Shown one piece after another: positions 20,644 through 29,700 of a stretch of DNA of 64,000 bases. Made by a program: the position numbers and the translations under genes. Source of the DNA: a candidate division WS1 bacterium (GTDB lineage Bacteria; Armatimonadota; Zipacnadia; Zipacnadales; UBA5352); NCBI GenBank assembly GCA_003566775.1, contig PXBW01000079.1, positions 18,635-82,634 of the forward strand, given 5' to 3'. Under the pieces are notes generated by a model, which was not told the DNA's origin, did no database searches, and saw only the letters and a program-made list of their open reading frames with translations. Position 1 is the stretch's first letter. Every line of letters starts with the position of its first letter.

Positions 20644-20714
20644 ACTGACACCTCCCGTTGGTTTCGCACACACCCTGTGATTCGCGATGCGCACACTACA
20701 AGCCTGCCGCTGGC

Positions 20715-21833
20715 TCAGAGATTGAACATCGGCACGTCGGTCGGCTCCGGTATTCCGTAGATCTCCCGCTTGGTGCGCAGGTAGAACAGGTAGTCATCGT
20801 AGCTCACATCCGGCGGCACACGGTGATCGACGTGGGGTATGAAGCCGCCCTCATCGACCAGCGGTTTGAGGCGCCTGACCTCCTCGACAATGGCGTCCGG
20901 GCCTGCAGCAAGCGCGCGCTTGTTTACCCCGCCCATCATCAGCACCTCCGGCCCCCAGCGCCGACGGATCTCGAGCGGATCGGAGCCTGCCGCGACCTCG
21001 ACCGGGAACATGCAGTTGACCCCACCCTCCAGCCAGCCATCGATGGAGTCGGTAATGTTGCCGTCGGAATCGACGTAACAGAGAGTCGCGCCCATCTGAT
21101 ACATCAGATCGGTGATGCGTGAGTAGCGCGGGGTCAGCCACTGATGAAACATCTTCGGCGAGATGATGCAGCCCTGCTTGAAGTTTATGTCCTCCCAGAA
21201 AGCGCCGCAGTCCACCTCGCAGCCGGCCTCCACCGCAGGCTCGATGACCGCGCAGGCAAGCTGACAGACGTGCTCGACCATCTCCTCGATAAGCTCCGGG
21301 TCGTCGTAGCACATCACTGCGATGCTCTCGAAGCCGATGTAGTTGCGCAGCTTGCCGAAGAGGCTGCCGCCGTGAATCTGCACGGGAAGCTCGGATTCGC
21401 GCGTGCGCCGCGCGATCTCATCCCAGTCATCGCGGTAGCGGGCCGGGTCGTCGATGCGCAGACGCTCGCGGAACTTCTCCCACGACGCGCGGTCCTTTAT
21501 GGGGAACTCGAGATAGCGCGGGATGGTGTCCTGTTCGTCGAGGTACATGATCTTCTTCACGCCCTCGGCGTCCTGCACAACCTTGTATTCGTCGGTCTGC
21601 TCGATGACGGTGGTCTCGAACGGCGGATGCAGACCGACTGCCGAGGGGACCGTCATTCTTCCCTCGAAGCCGAAGAACTCGTCGGCGACCTCGTTGTTGT
21701 CGATCTCCCCGGGAAGTCCCTCCTGGTGCCATCTCGTAAAGGTATCATCCCAGTAGCCGAACTCCCGGTCGGGTACGTGATCGACCGGCTCGTAACTCAT
21801 GCACGCCACGAAGCGCTGTCGCTGATTCATCAT
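20715..21833 (-). CDS. uroporphyrinogen-decarboxylase (URO-D)-family protein (MtaA/CmuA-like methyltransferase fold), function unknown
   Basis: 372 aa. URO-D-family TIM-barrel features and length. No corrinoid protein gene nearby. Confidence 0.7.
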   Translation of the reverse strand: MMNQRQRFVACMSYEPVDHVPDREFGYWDDTFTRWHQEGLPGEIDNNEVADEFFGFEGRMTVPSAVGLHPPFETTVIEQTDEYKVVQDAEGVKKIMYLDEQDTIPRYLEFPIKDRASWEKFRERLRIDDPARYRDDWDEIARRTRESELPVQIHGGSLFGKLRNYIGFESIAVMCYDDPELIEEMVEHVCQLACAVIEPAVEAGCEVDCGAFWEDINFKQGCIISPKMFHQWLTPRYSRITDLMYQMGATLCYVDSDGNITDSIDGWLEGGVNCMFPVEVAAGSDPLEIRRRWGPEVLMMGGVNKRALAAGPDAIVEEVRRLKPLVDEGGFIPHVDHRVPPDVSYDDYLFYLRTKREIYGIPEPTDVPMFNL

Positions 21834-22645
21834 CAGTTCCCTTCGACTGCGGCTATCTGACCGCGCAGGAATTCTACCACCTGCTCGATGTTGTCCTCTT
21901 TCGCGTACTCGATTATGAGGGGCACATCATCCAGCTCCATCAGGCGCTCGATGAAGCGCGCCCAGTCAACGTCGCCCTCACCCGCCGACGGGAAGCTCGG
22001 CTTCCCATCCTCATCGACTATGCAGTCCTTGGCGTGAGCGAGTACGATCTGCTCCCCCAACACATCGAAGGGGCGCTCGGTGGAGTCGTAGCAGAGGATG
22101 TTCGCGGGATCGAGCAGTACCCTGAGGTTGGGGCTGCCGACTTCCTCGATCAGGCCGCGCATCGTCCAGGAGTTGGGGATCGTCTGTCTGTATGACGGTT
22201 CGACGCAGACGGTGATACCCGCCTCCTCGGCGAGCGGCACGATCTCGCGGAAGGAGGCCACGCAGCGCTCGAAGCCGGCCACGCCCCGGCGTCCGGCCTC
22301 GGTCACTATCGTGTCACAGCCGAGGCCGGGGGCGATGGAGATCGCTCCCTTCATCGCCTCAACGGCCGCCTCGCGCGCGGCGTCGTCCGCGGCGCTCAGG
22401 TCATTGTAGGAGTCCAGCGCCCAGGTATCGAGGCCCGCGTCGTTGAATGCGGTGGCGATCTTCGCGATGACCTCGTCCGGGAACGCGGCTGGATTCATGT
22501 TCGGATGGCGGCTGGAGTATTCGGGGTACTCCTGATATGTCGTTGGCACCGCCACACCCTGGAGGCCGAGAGCCGCAATCCTGGGGGCGGCCTCATCGAC
22601 GGGATGATTGCGCGTGAAGATGATGGCTCTTACGCCCAGTCTCAC
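21833..22645 (-). CDS. sugar phosphate isomerase/epimerase (xylose-isomerase-like TIM barrel)
   Basis: AP-endonuclease-2 / xylose-isomerase-like TIM-barrel motifs (VCVEPSYRQT, LDPANI, AHAKD). I place the start at the GTG near 22645, which has a GGAGTGAG RBS. The ORF track extends to 22900 with an Arg-rich leader. Confidence 0.7.
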   Translation of the reverse strand: MRLGVRAIIFTRNHPVDEAAPRIAALGLQGVAVPTTYQEYPEYSSRHPNMNPAAFPDEVIAKIATAFNDAGLDTWALDSYNDLSAADDAAREAAVEAMKGAISIAPGLGCDTIVTEAGRRGVAGFERCVASFREIVPLAEEAGITVCVEPSYRQTIPNSWTMRGLIEEVGSPNLRVLLDPANILCYDSTERPFDVLGEQIVLAHAKDCIVDEDGKPSFPSAGEGDVDWARFIERLMELDDVPLIIEYAKEDNIEQVVEFLRGQIAAVEGN

Positions 22646-22650
22646 TTCAC

Positions 22651-23442
22651 TCACTCCGCTTCCACATCGGCAATAGACTCTCCGTTGAGGAGTTGCACGA
22701 CCGCTTCGGCAAGCTCCGGCATCACTGACCCCGCGGTTGCGCGCAGGGTGATCTCCGCGACCTCGCTGAGGACAGTTGGGCTCGGATTGATCTCGATCAG
22801 TTCGGCGCCCGACTGAAGCGCAAGCACCGGAAGAGAGGCGGCCGGTTGCACGGTCGCGGAAGTGCCGATCATCAGTAGAACTGCGGCCTTGCGGGCCCAT
22901 TCCTGCGCCTCATCGAACGCTTCGCGGGGAAGTTGCTCGCCGAACCAGACGACATCGGGGCGCAGCAACTCGCCGCACTCGCAGCGCGGCGGCAGTTCAT
23001 CGAACTCACGCGGCAGGTCATCGCCGGCGAAGTCGCATTCGAGACAGCGCACGCGGTGGGCACTCCCGTGTATCTCGATGACCTCACCACTTCCTGCCGC
23101 CTGATGCAAACCATCGATGTTCTGCGTGATTACGGCGGTGTCTGTATCAGGGCTGAGAGCCGCCTCAATCCACGCGAGCGAGAGGTGGGCGACGTTGGGC
23201 GATCCTGCGAGGCAGATCTGTCTCAGTTGCTCGTGAAAGCGCCACCCACGCGTGGGATCGCTCATGAAGCCCTCCGGTGTTGCGACCTCCTCCGGATCGT
23301 GCTTCCGCCAGATACCCGCCCTGCCACGGAAGGTAGGTATGCCGCTTTCCTCCGAAATGCCCGCACCGGTGAAGAATACCACAGGCATGTTCATGCGGGC
23401 GGGTTTTGCAACAATCCGTGCCGCCTCTTCAACCGCACTCAT
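22651..23442 (-). CDS. cobB: NAD-dependent protein deacylase, Sir2 family (CobB-type sirtuin)
   Basis: GAGISEESGIPTFRG NAD-binding motif. Zn ribbon CLECD...CECG. Catalytic H in HGS. Probable start MSAVEEAAR at 23442, overlapping the bioY stop by 1 nt. The ORF track extends to 23475. Confidence 0.85.
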   Translation of the reverse strand: MSAVEEAARIVAKPARMNMPVVFFTGAGISEESGIPTFRGRAGIWRKHDPEEVATPEGFMSDPTRGWRFHEQLRQICLAGSPNVAHLSLAWIEAALSPDTDTAVITQNIDGLHQAAGSGEVIEIHGSAHRVRCLECDFAGDDLPREFDELPPRCECGELLRPDVVWFGEQLPREAFDEAQEWARKAAVLLMIGTSATVQPAASLPVLALQSGAELIEINPSPTVLSEVAEITLRATAGSVMPELAEAVVQLLNGESIADVEAE

Positions 23443-24023
23443 CAAGAAGCGGGCTCCCGCAGGGCTCTTCGCCACAGACCCGCACCCGCGCGCCAGACCA
23501 TCACTGCGGCGGCCAGCTTAATCACATCACCGGGAAGGAACGGCAGCACTCCGAGTGTCAGCGCCTCCATCGCGGAGAGATTCAGCACGAGAGAAATCCA
23601 GGCGGCTCCGGTAAGCAGCAGAAGAACGTTTCCGGCCAACATTGCGCCACCCACTGCGAGGACGCTGTCGGTACGTCGCGCAACCGTTCCGATGAGAGCG
23701 GTGGCCAGCACGAAGCCGATCAGATAGCCGCCCGTGAGGCCCGAGAACGATCCCCCGGCGAAGATCGCAAGACCGGTCGCGCCGAGGCCGATGAAGAGTA
23801 CCTGGCTCAGCGATCCGGCGAGAGGGCCGAGGAAGGCGCCTGAGAGCAGTACGACGATCGTCTGCGCGGTCACAGGAACGGGCGAGAACGGAAGGGGAAT
23901 GCGCACGTAGGTCGCCAGTGCCGTCAGTACGGCGAAGCCGACCACGGCTGAGGCGGTCAGCGCCTGGCGTCGAGTGAGATTCCCGAGGCGTATACTGGAG
24001 GCAATCGTAGTGCTTCGCGGCAT
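23442..24023 (-). CDS. bioY: biotin transporter BioY (ECF-transporter substrate-specific component)
   Basis: Multi-TM protein with the BioY signature (IPLPFSPVPVTAQTIVVLLSGAFLGP ... LTGGYLIGF). Probable start MPRSTTIAS at ~24023; the ORF track extends to 24089. Confidence 0.75.
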   Translation of the reverse strand: MPRSTTIASSIRLGNLTRRQALTASAVVGFAVLTALATYVRIPLPFSPVPVTAQTIVVLLSGAFLGPLAGSLSQVLFIGLGATGLAIFAGGSFSGLTGGYLIGFVLATALIGTVARRTDSVLAVGGAMLAGNVLLLLTGAAWISLVLNLSAMEALTLGVLPFLPGDVIKLAAAVMVWRAGAGLWRRALREPAS

Positions 24024-24159
24024 ATGAATCAGTCCTTCTTTGCAGGCATCGAGATGGTACATCTGGAACTCTCGCGTGACGCGAATCACGCTCGGGCATC
24101 AGTCCCCTACAGCCGCAGAGTATAACACACAATGCCCGCGCTGCAAGGTGGAGATTACC

Positions 24160-25104
24160 ATGCCGGCCGACAGTTTCGTATTCCGCGGCACGACGCAGCG
24201 CCCCTCCTGTCACTGCGCATCGATCACCGAACTCACAGACGGGGGAATGCTCGCCACCTGGTACGCGGGCTCGCGCGAGGGCGCGGAGGACGTTGCGGTT
24301 ATGAGCGCGCGCTTCGACGGTGAAGACTGGGGGGAGGTGCGGGTGATGCTCGATCCGCCGGGGCGACCGGGGGGGAACACCGTCGTCTATCGGCACGATG
24401 AGATGCTCTGGCACTGGGTTGACGTGATTGAGGGCGATGGTTGGCAGTCCGCGCTTCTCTATCTCATGAGGTCCGGCGATGAGGGAGAGACGTGGACGGA
24501 GCCGGAGGTCTTCGATGAAGAGCCGGGTATGATGGTGCGGCACCGACCTGTCCGGCTCTCCTCCGGGCGCATCCTTCTGCCCGCCTACGATGAGAAGGAC
24601 TGGCGCGGTTTCGCGTATATCAGCGATGATAACGGAGCCTCGTGGCGAAGGTCGGGCTGGATGCGTGCAGACACCGGTTGCATTCAGCCTGCGGTGATAG
24701 AACGCGACGACGGATCGCTGCACGCCCTGTTGCGCTCAGATCGCGAAGTAAGTCATTCGTGGGAGTGCGCGTCCGAAGACGGCGGTGAATCCTGGACAAA
24801 ATGCGGGCCGTCTCAGTTGCATAATCCCAACTCGGGTGCGGACATGATACGTTTGCGATCGGGCGAGACAATCGCGTGTTTCAACGACACCCCGGAGGGT
24901 CGCACGCCTCTGACAGTGGCGCTGTCGCGTAATGGTGGAGAGACCTGGATCGCGAGTCGCGACGTTGAGGCCGATCCAGGAGAGTACTCTTATCCCACGC
25001 TCATGGAGGGCGGCGACGGCAGCGTTCACCTCGTATATACCTGGCGTCGCGAGCGCATCAGGTGGATCAACTTTGAGCCCGATTGGATAGCGGAGGCACA
25101 GTAG
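24160..25104 (+). CDS. BNR-repeat sialidase-like (GH33-like beta-propeller) protein, cytoplasmic
   Basis: Four Asp-box / BNR motifs (SGDEGETW, SDDNGASW, SEDGGESW, SRNGGETW). No signal peptide. RBS AAGGTGGAG before the ATG at 24160; the ORF track starts at 24040. Confidence 0.7.
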   Translation: MPADSFVFRGTTQRPSCHCASITELTDGGMLATWYAGSREGAEDVAVMSARFDGEDWGEVRVMLDPPGRPGGNTVVYRHDEMLWHWVDVIEGDGWQSALLYLMRSGDEGETWTEPEVFDEEPGMMVRHRPVRLSSGRILLPAYDEKDWRGFAYISDDNGASWRRSGWMRADTGCIQPAVIERDDGSLHALLRSDREVSHSWECASEDGGESWTKCGPSQLHNPNSGADMIRLRSGETIACFNDTPEGRTPLTVALSRNGGETWIASRDVEADPGEYSYPTLMEGGDGSVHLVYTWRRERIRWINFEPDWIAEAQ

Positions 25105-25256
25105 AGATGAGCCCGGTGCAATCTCTGGGGTTCTCCGGCAGGAGAACAGCGGGCGGCGTCAAAGTACAGTGACGTAAAAGTCGATCCGTCTGACCCGCGG
25201 TGCCACTGCAGGGGTCGGAAAGCCCGTATCGCAGAGAGAGGGGTTGGAGCAAGAAA

Positions 25257-25805
25257 ATGCTGCCCATCGGGCCATTGATGAAGGAACACCGTAAGATTGA
25301 GCGCATGGTGGCGTTGATTACACAGGAGGCAGAGCGACTCACTGAAGACGAGAGCGCAGAGCCGGATCCTGACTTCATCGACACCGCGCTGACCTTCATG
25401 CGCGAGTACGCCGACGAGTGTCATCACGGCAAAGAGGAGGATATTCTCTTCGCGGAGTTGGAGGAGCGGGAGATCAGCGGTGAACACAGCCAGATCATGG
25501 AGCGGCTGCGGAACGACCACCACCAGGGTCGGGAACTGTGTGCAGATCTCGAGGCGGCTACGGATGCCTACGTTGAAGGTGACGAAGAGGCGCGGGAGGT
25601 CATTGTCGAGGCACTGGGCGGGCTTGCGGACCTCTACCCCGATCACATCGCCACTGAAGATGATCGCTTCTTCATACCGGTGATGGACTATCTCTCCGAG
25701 CAGGACAAAGAGGCCATGATGGAAGACATGTGGGACTTTGACCACGAGTTGCTGACGACACTCTACGAGGATTGCATCACGCGGTACGAAGAGAATGATG
25801 ATTGA
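25257..25805 (+). CDS. hemerythrin-like (HHE cation-binding domain) protein
   Basis: MLPIGPLMKEHRKIERM start and further H/E ligand motifs (ECHHGKEEDILF, DHIATEDDRFF). RBS GGAGCAAGAAA. The ORF track starts at 25200. Confidence 0.8.
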   Translation: MLPIGPLMKEHRKIERMVALITQEAERLTEDESAEPDPDFIDTALTFMREYADECHHGKEEDILFAELEEREISGEHSQIMERLRNDHHQGRELCADLEAATDAYVEGDEEAREVIVEALGGLADLYPDHIATEDDRFFIPVMDYLSEQDKEAMMEDMWDFDHELLTTLYEDCITRYEENDD

Positions 25806-26623
25806 GGCAGGAAGTCCATCCCCGGTGTCAAAGACTGAGTCAGTCGAACGTGCTCAGGGACTGGAGCAACCGGCGGAGGTGGCGGAAGGTGGACCGGCGT
25901 GAATTCGTGAGATGGGCTGGAGCGATAGGCGTGGCCGGGATGGCGTTCATCGTCGCCGGCGAAGGGGCGGAAGCAGCACCGCCCGGAGTCGATCAGATCA
26001 AGACAATCAGCAGAGGAGAGATCGGAGCTATGGCATTCACACTGCCCGAACTGCCTTACGATTACGACGCACTGGAGCCGTATCTTGGTGAGCAGACAAT
26101 GCGTCTGCATCACGATAAGCACCATCAGGGCTACGTGAAGGGGCTCAACGAGGCTGAGGAGAAGATCGCCGAGGCACGTGAGGCGGGTGACTTCTCAGCG
26201 GTGCGGGCGCTCTCGGACGCCCAGGCCTTCAACTACTCGGGCCACCTGTTTCACACCATATTCTGGAACTGCATGAGTCCCGACGGAGGCGGTGAGCCGG
26301 AGGGGCCGCTTGCCGAGCAGATCGAGCAGGACTTCGGCGGCTTCGATGCATTCCGGAGTCACTTTGTTGCCGCTTCGAATGCGGTGCAGGCATCCGGCTG
26401 GGGCGTTCTGGCCTGGCAGCCGCTGGGGGAGAAGCTTGTGATTCTTCAGGCTGAGAAGCATCAGAATCTGGCGCAGTGGGGCGCGCCACCGCTGATGGTA
26501 CTCGATGTGTGGGAGCACGCATACTATCTCGACTATCAGAACGAACGCCCGCGCTTCACCGAGGGCTTCTTTGATGTCGTGAACTGGGATTACGTCGCGG
26601 AGCAGTTCATGGCGAGCCGGTAA
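25802..26623 (+). CDS. sodA: Fe/Mn superoxide dismutase with twin-arginine (Tat) signal peptide
   Basis: Conserved SOD motifs (LPELPYDYDALEPY, HHDKHH, DVWEHAYYLDYQN). N-terminal RREFVRWAGAIGVAGMAFIVAG Tat-type signal. Probable true start is a GTG near 25890 (VDRREFV) after a GGAGGTGG RBS. Overlaps the hemerythrin gene's stop. Confidence 0.9.
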   Translation: MRQEVHPRCQRLSQSNVLRDWSNRRRWRKVDRREFVRWAGAIGVAGMAFIVAGEGAEAAPPGVDQIKTISRGEIGAMAFTLPELPYDYDALEPYLGEQTMRLHHDKHHQGYVKGLNEAEEKIAEAREAGDFSAVRALSDAQAFNYSGHLFHTIFWNCMSPDGGGEPEGPLAEQIEQDFGGFDAFRSHFVAASNAVQASGWGVLAWQPLGEKLVILQAEKHQNLAQWGAPPLMVLDVWEHAYYLDYQNERPRFTEGFFDVVNWDYVAEQFMASR

Positions 26624-26652
26624 TCACACGCGCATGCCACAACGAACACGAG

Positions 26653-26688
26653 CGGAAGGGTCCCTGGTGGCCGACCCTTCCGCTTTTT
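26653..26688 (+). terminator. rho-independent terminator after sod (GCGGAAGGGTC-loop-GACCCTTCCGC-TTTTT)
   Basis: 11-bp perfect stem, 9-nt loop, then a T5 run, 30 nt after the sod stop. Confidence 0.7.
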
Positions 26689-26719
26689 CGTATTAGGTGC
26701 GTCATGGGCAGGCGCGATC

Positions 26720-29700
26720 TCAGTCGATCGATATCGTTCGCAGGAGTCTCGTGCCGGACACCTCGATCTCGAACCTGGTGGCTCGTGCCGCGAGTATCTC
26801 ACCCGAGACAAGGTCGATTACGCGGGTAGGGCGGTCGAACTGCAGAGTCTCGATTCGCGGTGATGCAGAGTGCAGGCCCACGAAGTTCCTGCTCACGTAG
26901 CTCGGTCCGGTGCCTGCGACGCGGATCGCGATGTCCGCCTCCGAACAGATACGCTTGAGCAGCGTAGGGGAGAGGACAGGCCCGGCGGAGTACACACTCG
27001 TCCAGTCATCGTGTCGTCCAACCGCAATCGCGGGTTCGCCTCCATCCTCCCAGCGCGCGACGACCTCAATGCCATCCTCTTTCGGGACAAAGATCGGCCC
27101 GATCTCTATCCCGGGCTGAACGCCCTCCTCTGCAGGAATATCCACCGCCCATGGATGGTCGCTGACGAGGCTGCTGCGCCATGGGCGAGTCTGCGCTATC
27201 TCTTCGAAATCCATCCCGGTAAGCTCGGATATCCGCGTGACGTCGAGGTCGTCGGCGATGTATCCCGGGGCATACAGCCAGGCGAGCAGCCTGCCTTCAG
27301 ACTTCAACTCCTCATCGATGAACGCGCGCTCATCGCGGGTCATGCGGAAGCAGTTGAGAAAGAAGTAAGCACGCTTCCTCGGCACGCGGCCCGCCACTAC
27401 ATCTTCGAGCAGATAGACGTTCCAAGGTGCGCCGACACGTTCGAAGACCGACTTCTGCCTCTGGAGCAGCCAGTACATGGCTTCAATCTGATGGTTGAGG
27501 TAGGCGAAGGGCGTCTCTTCGTCCACCACTACCGCGATGCCCTCAGGATCGGGTGAGCGATCCCAGTTGACCCAGCGACCTGCGATACTGCGCAGTCGGC
27601 CGATCATCTGCGTCTGACGCGGGTCGCTTGCGAGCCAGCCCCTGTCGAGGTCGTTCCAGCCTACCGCCGCACCTCTCGATACCGCGGCTGCCAGGGATCT
27701 CTGGAGTGAACTGATCGTGGCGGGCAGATCGCCCGAAGTTCTGAGGCGATGCTCCCGATCGTACTTCAATGGGTGAGGGTACGGACCGGCCTCCACCGCC
27801 CAGAGTTTGCCGTTAACTAGTGCAGAGCCAGACGCCCCGTAGAGTGTGGTCGCTTCATCCCTCGTATCCATTGCGCCACCCCATGGTGAGATGAGGAAGT
27901 CGCACAGGTCAGACTCAAGCAGCCGCGAGAGGGCCATGTTGCCGGACACGCCCGTGTGGTAGGTTCCGACACGTGCAGGCTGTGGGCCTGCATCTTTGAT
28001 GACCCCAAAGTAATGCAGAATGCTGTTGGTCGTCATCTCCCGGTGGAAGACGTGGAAGTCTATGACGTCACGAGAGGTCTGCGGATCGCGGAAGAGCATG
28101 TGATCCACCGCCTCCTGTCGCTCGGCTGACGGGATGGTGACCGTCTCAAAGCTCATCTCCGGCATCTGCCATGCTTCGCGAAGCTGCACTTCAGTCTCGT
28201 AACGGTCGCGGAGCCATTCGCGGAAGGCTTCATGCATCGGTTCTGAGTAATCTGCCAGAGGGAAGCCCTCAGCTGATTCAGGTCGGGCCTGCTCCCGCGG
28301 AGCGCCAAAGGCAGGAAGATAGCCGAGGATCCGAGTCGCGTATGGCGCGGAACTGCAGTGCATGACGAATCTCCGCAGGGCGTCGCTGCTGCGCCTGCGC
28401 CAGCGTCGTGATGCAAGAGAGATGATTGGCTCTTCGTCGTCATCGAGTTGTGGATCGCCCGCCTCGGCCTGTGCAACTTCCTCAGGGTGCCGTGCTGACC
28501 ACCACGGTTGACTCCGGCCGCAGAGCATGAAGGTCGGAACGATCATCGCCTTCGGATCGTGCAGCAGCAATCGCGTGACCTTTGCATCCCATGCGGAATA
28601 ATCGAAGGTATCGGTGTCCCTCCATCCGATGTCCTCAGCATCGAGGAAGTAGATGTGCAACCCCGCGTCGGCAATGTTGCCTATCTGGCGGTCGATCACG
28701 GATGAAGTCTGATAGTGGAGAAAAGGATGCGGACGATCGTTGATATGCAGGGTTGGAAGACCGCCGTGCTCGGCGATGCTGATCCGCGGCGTGCGTTCGC
28801 TCTCCGCGGGGGACCGGACGCGGAGTTCAGCCACCTCGATACCTTCGTGTTCCACGTAGCGCATGTGGGGGAAGCCCAGTGCGACGGAGTAAGTGGCAGG
28901 CGCAAGGAAGCGCGAGAGGTGAACGGTTATGGGCCCTATTCTGACGCCGTTGGAAAGCTCCCTGGTCACCCGCTCGACCGGCCGCGACCACCTGAGTATC
29001 TCCCGGCCGTCGCGGCGCAGGCTCAGATGCAACGGCTTCTCAGTCGCACTCTCGGGAAGAGCGGAGACCCTCGCCGAGATCTTAAGGTCACTGCCCGCAC
29101 GTAGCGCCGTCGGCAGCTCAATCGCGCGCAACTCGATCTCCTCACGCCGTCCCTCGTATGTGTACGGGAGGTATCCCCACGGCTCCTCGCCTGCTTCCGC
29201 AATGATAGCCGCTGCGGGCCAGCGCCTGTCATCGAAGTCCGGCGCGGCCCAGTCTTCTTCGGCCTCGCCGACTGCCCGCCATGTGTCGTCGGTGATCACG
29301 GTGATCTCACCGCGCGGCCAGAGTATCGCGGCCTCGGCAAGCAGCCCCCGTGACCCGCTCAGATGGTGCGTCTCCACGGCTATGGTGTTCGATCCCCGCA
29401 CGAGGTGAGGCTGAAGATCGAATCGATCCGGTTCTCGCCAGCCCTCCTGTTCCCGGTTACGACCGACGCGCTCGCCATTGACCCGAAGGGTGTACTGATC
29501 GTCGGCGGCTATCTGCAGGATGGCGCTCGTCACCCGCTCAGGATCGGCGGGAAGCCTGAAGCTGCGGCGAAAGTAAGCCGCCCCCCCGTCTTCCTCGCGG
29601 GTGGCTTCCGCCCAGATCCAGCACGCGCGCCACGTCTCCAGCGGCCTTTCGGTGGGATGAGGAATCTCACGCCGATGGCGCAACTGCACGGCATCCCACC

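Noticed and set aside
21830-21836. Apparent 1-nt coordinate discrepancy at the URO-D-like / isomerase junction when counting bases by eye
   Set aside because: My manual base count in this line disagreed by one position with the ORF-track coordinates. I trust the computed track. Manually derived positions of small elements elsewhere (hairpins, promoter boxes) may therefore be off by a base or two.
23527-24723. 398-aa minus-strand ORF
   Set aside because: Overlaps bioY in another frame and runs antisense through the BNR propeller gene. Arg-rich nonsense translation.
25026-25745. 239-aa minus-strand ORF
   Set aside because: Opposite the hemerythrin-like gene, which has a clear HHE-domain signature and an RBS. 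The minus-strand translation has no recognisable features.
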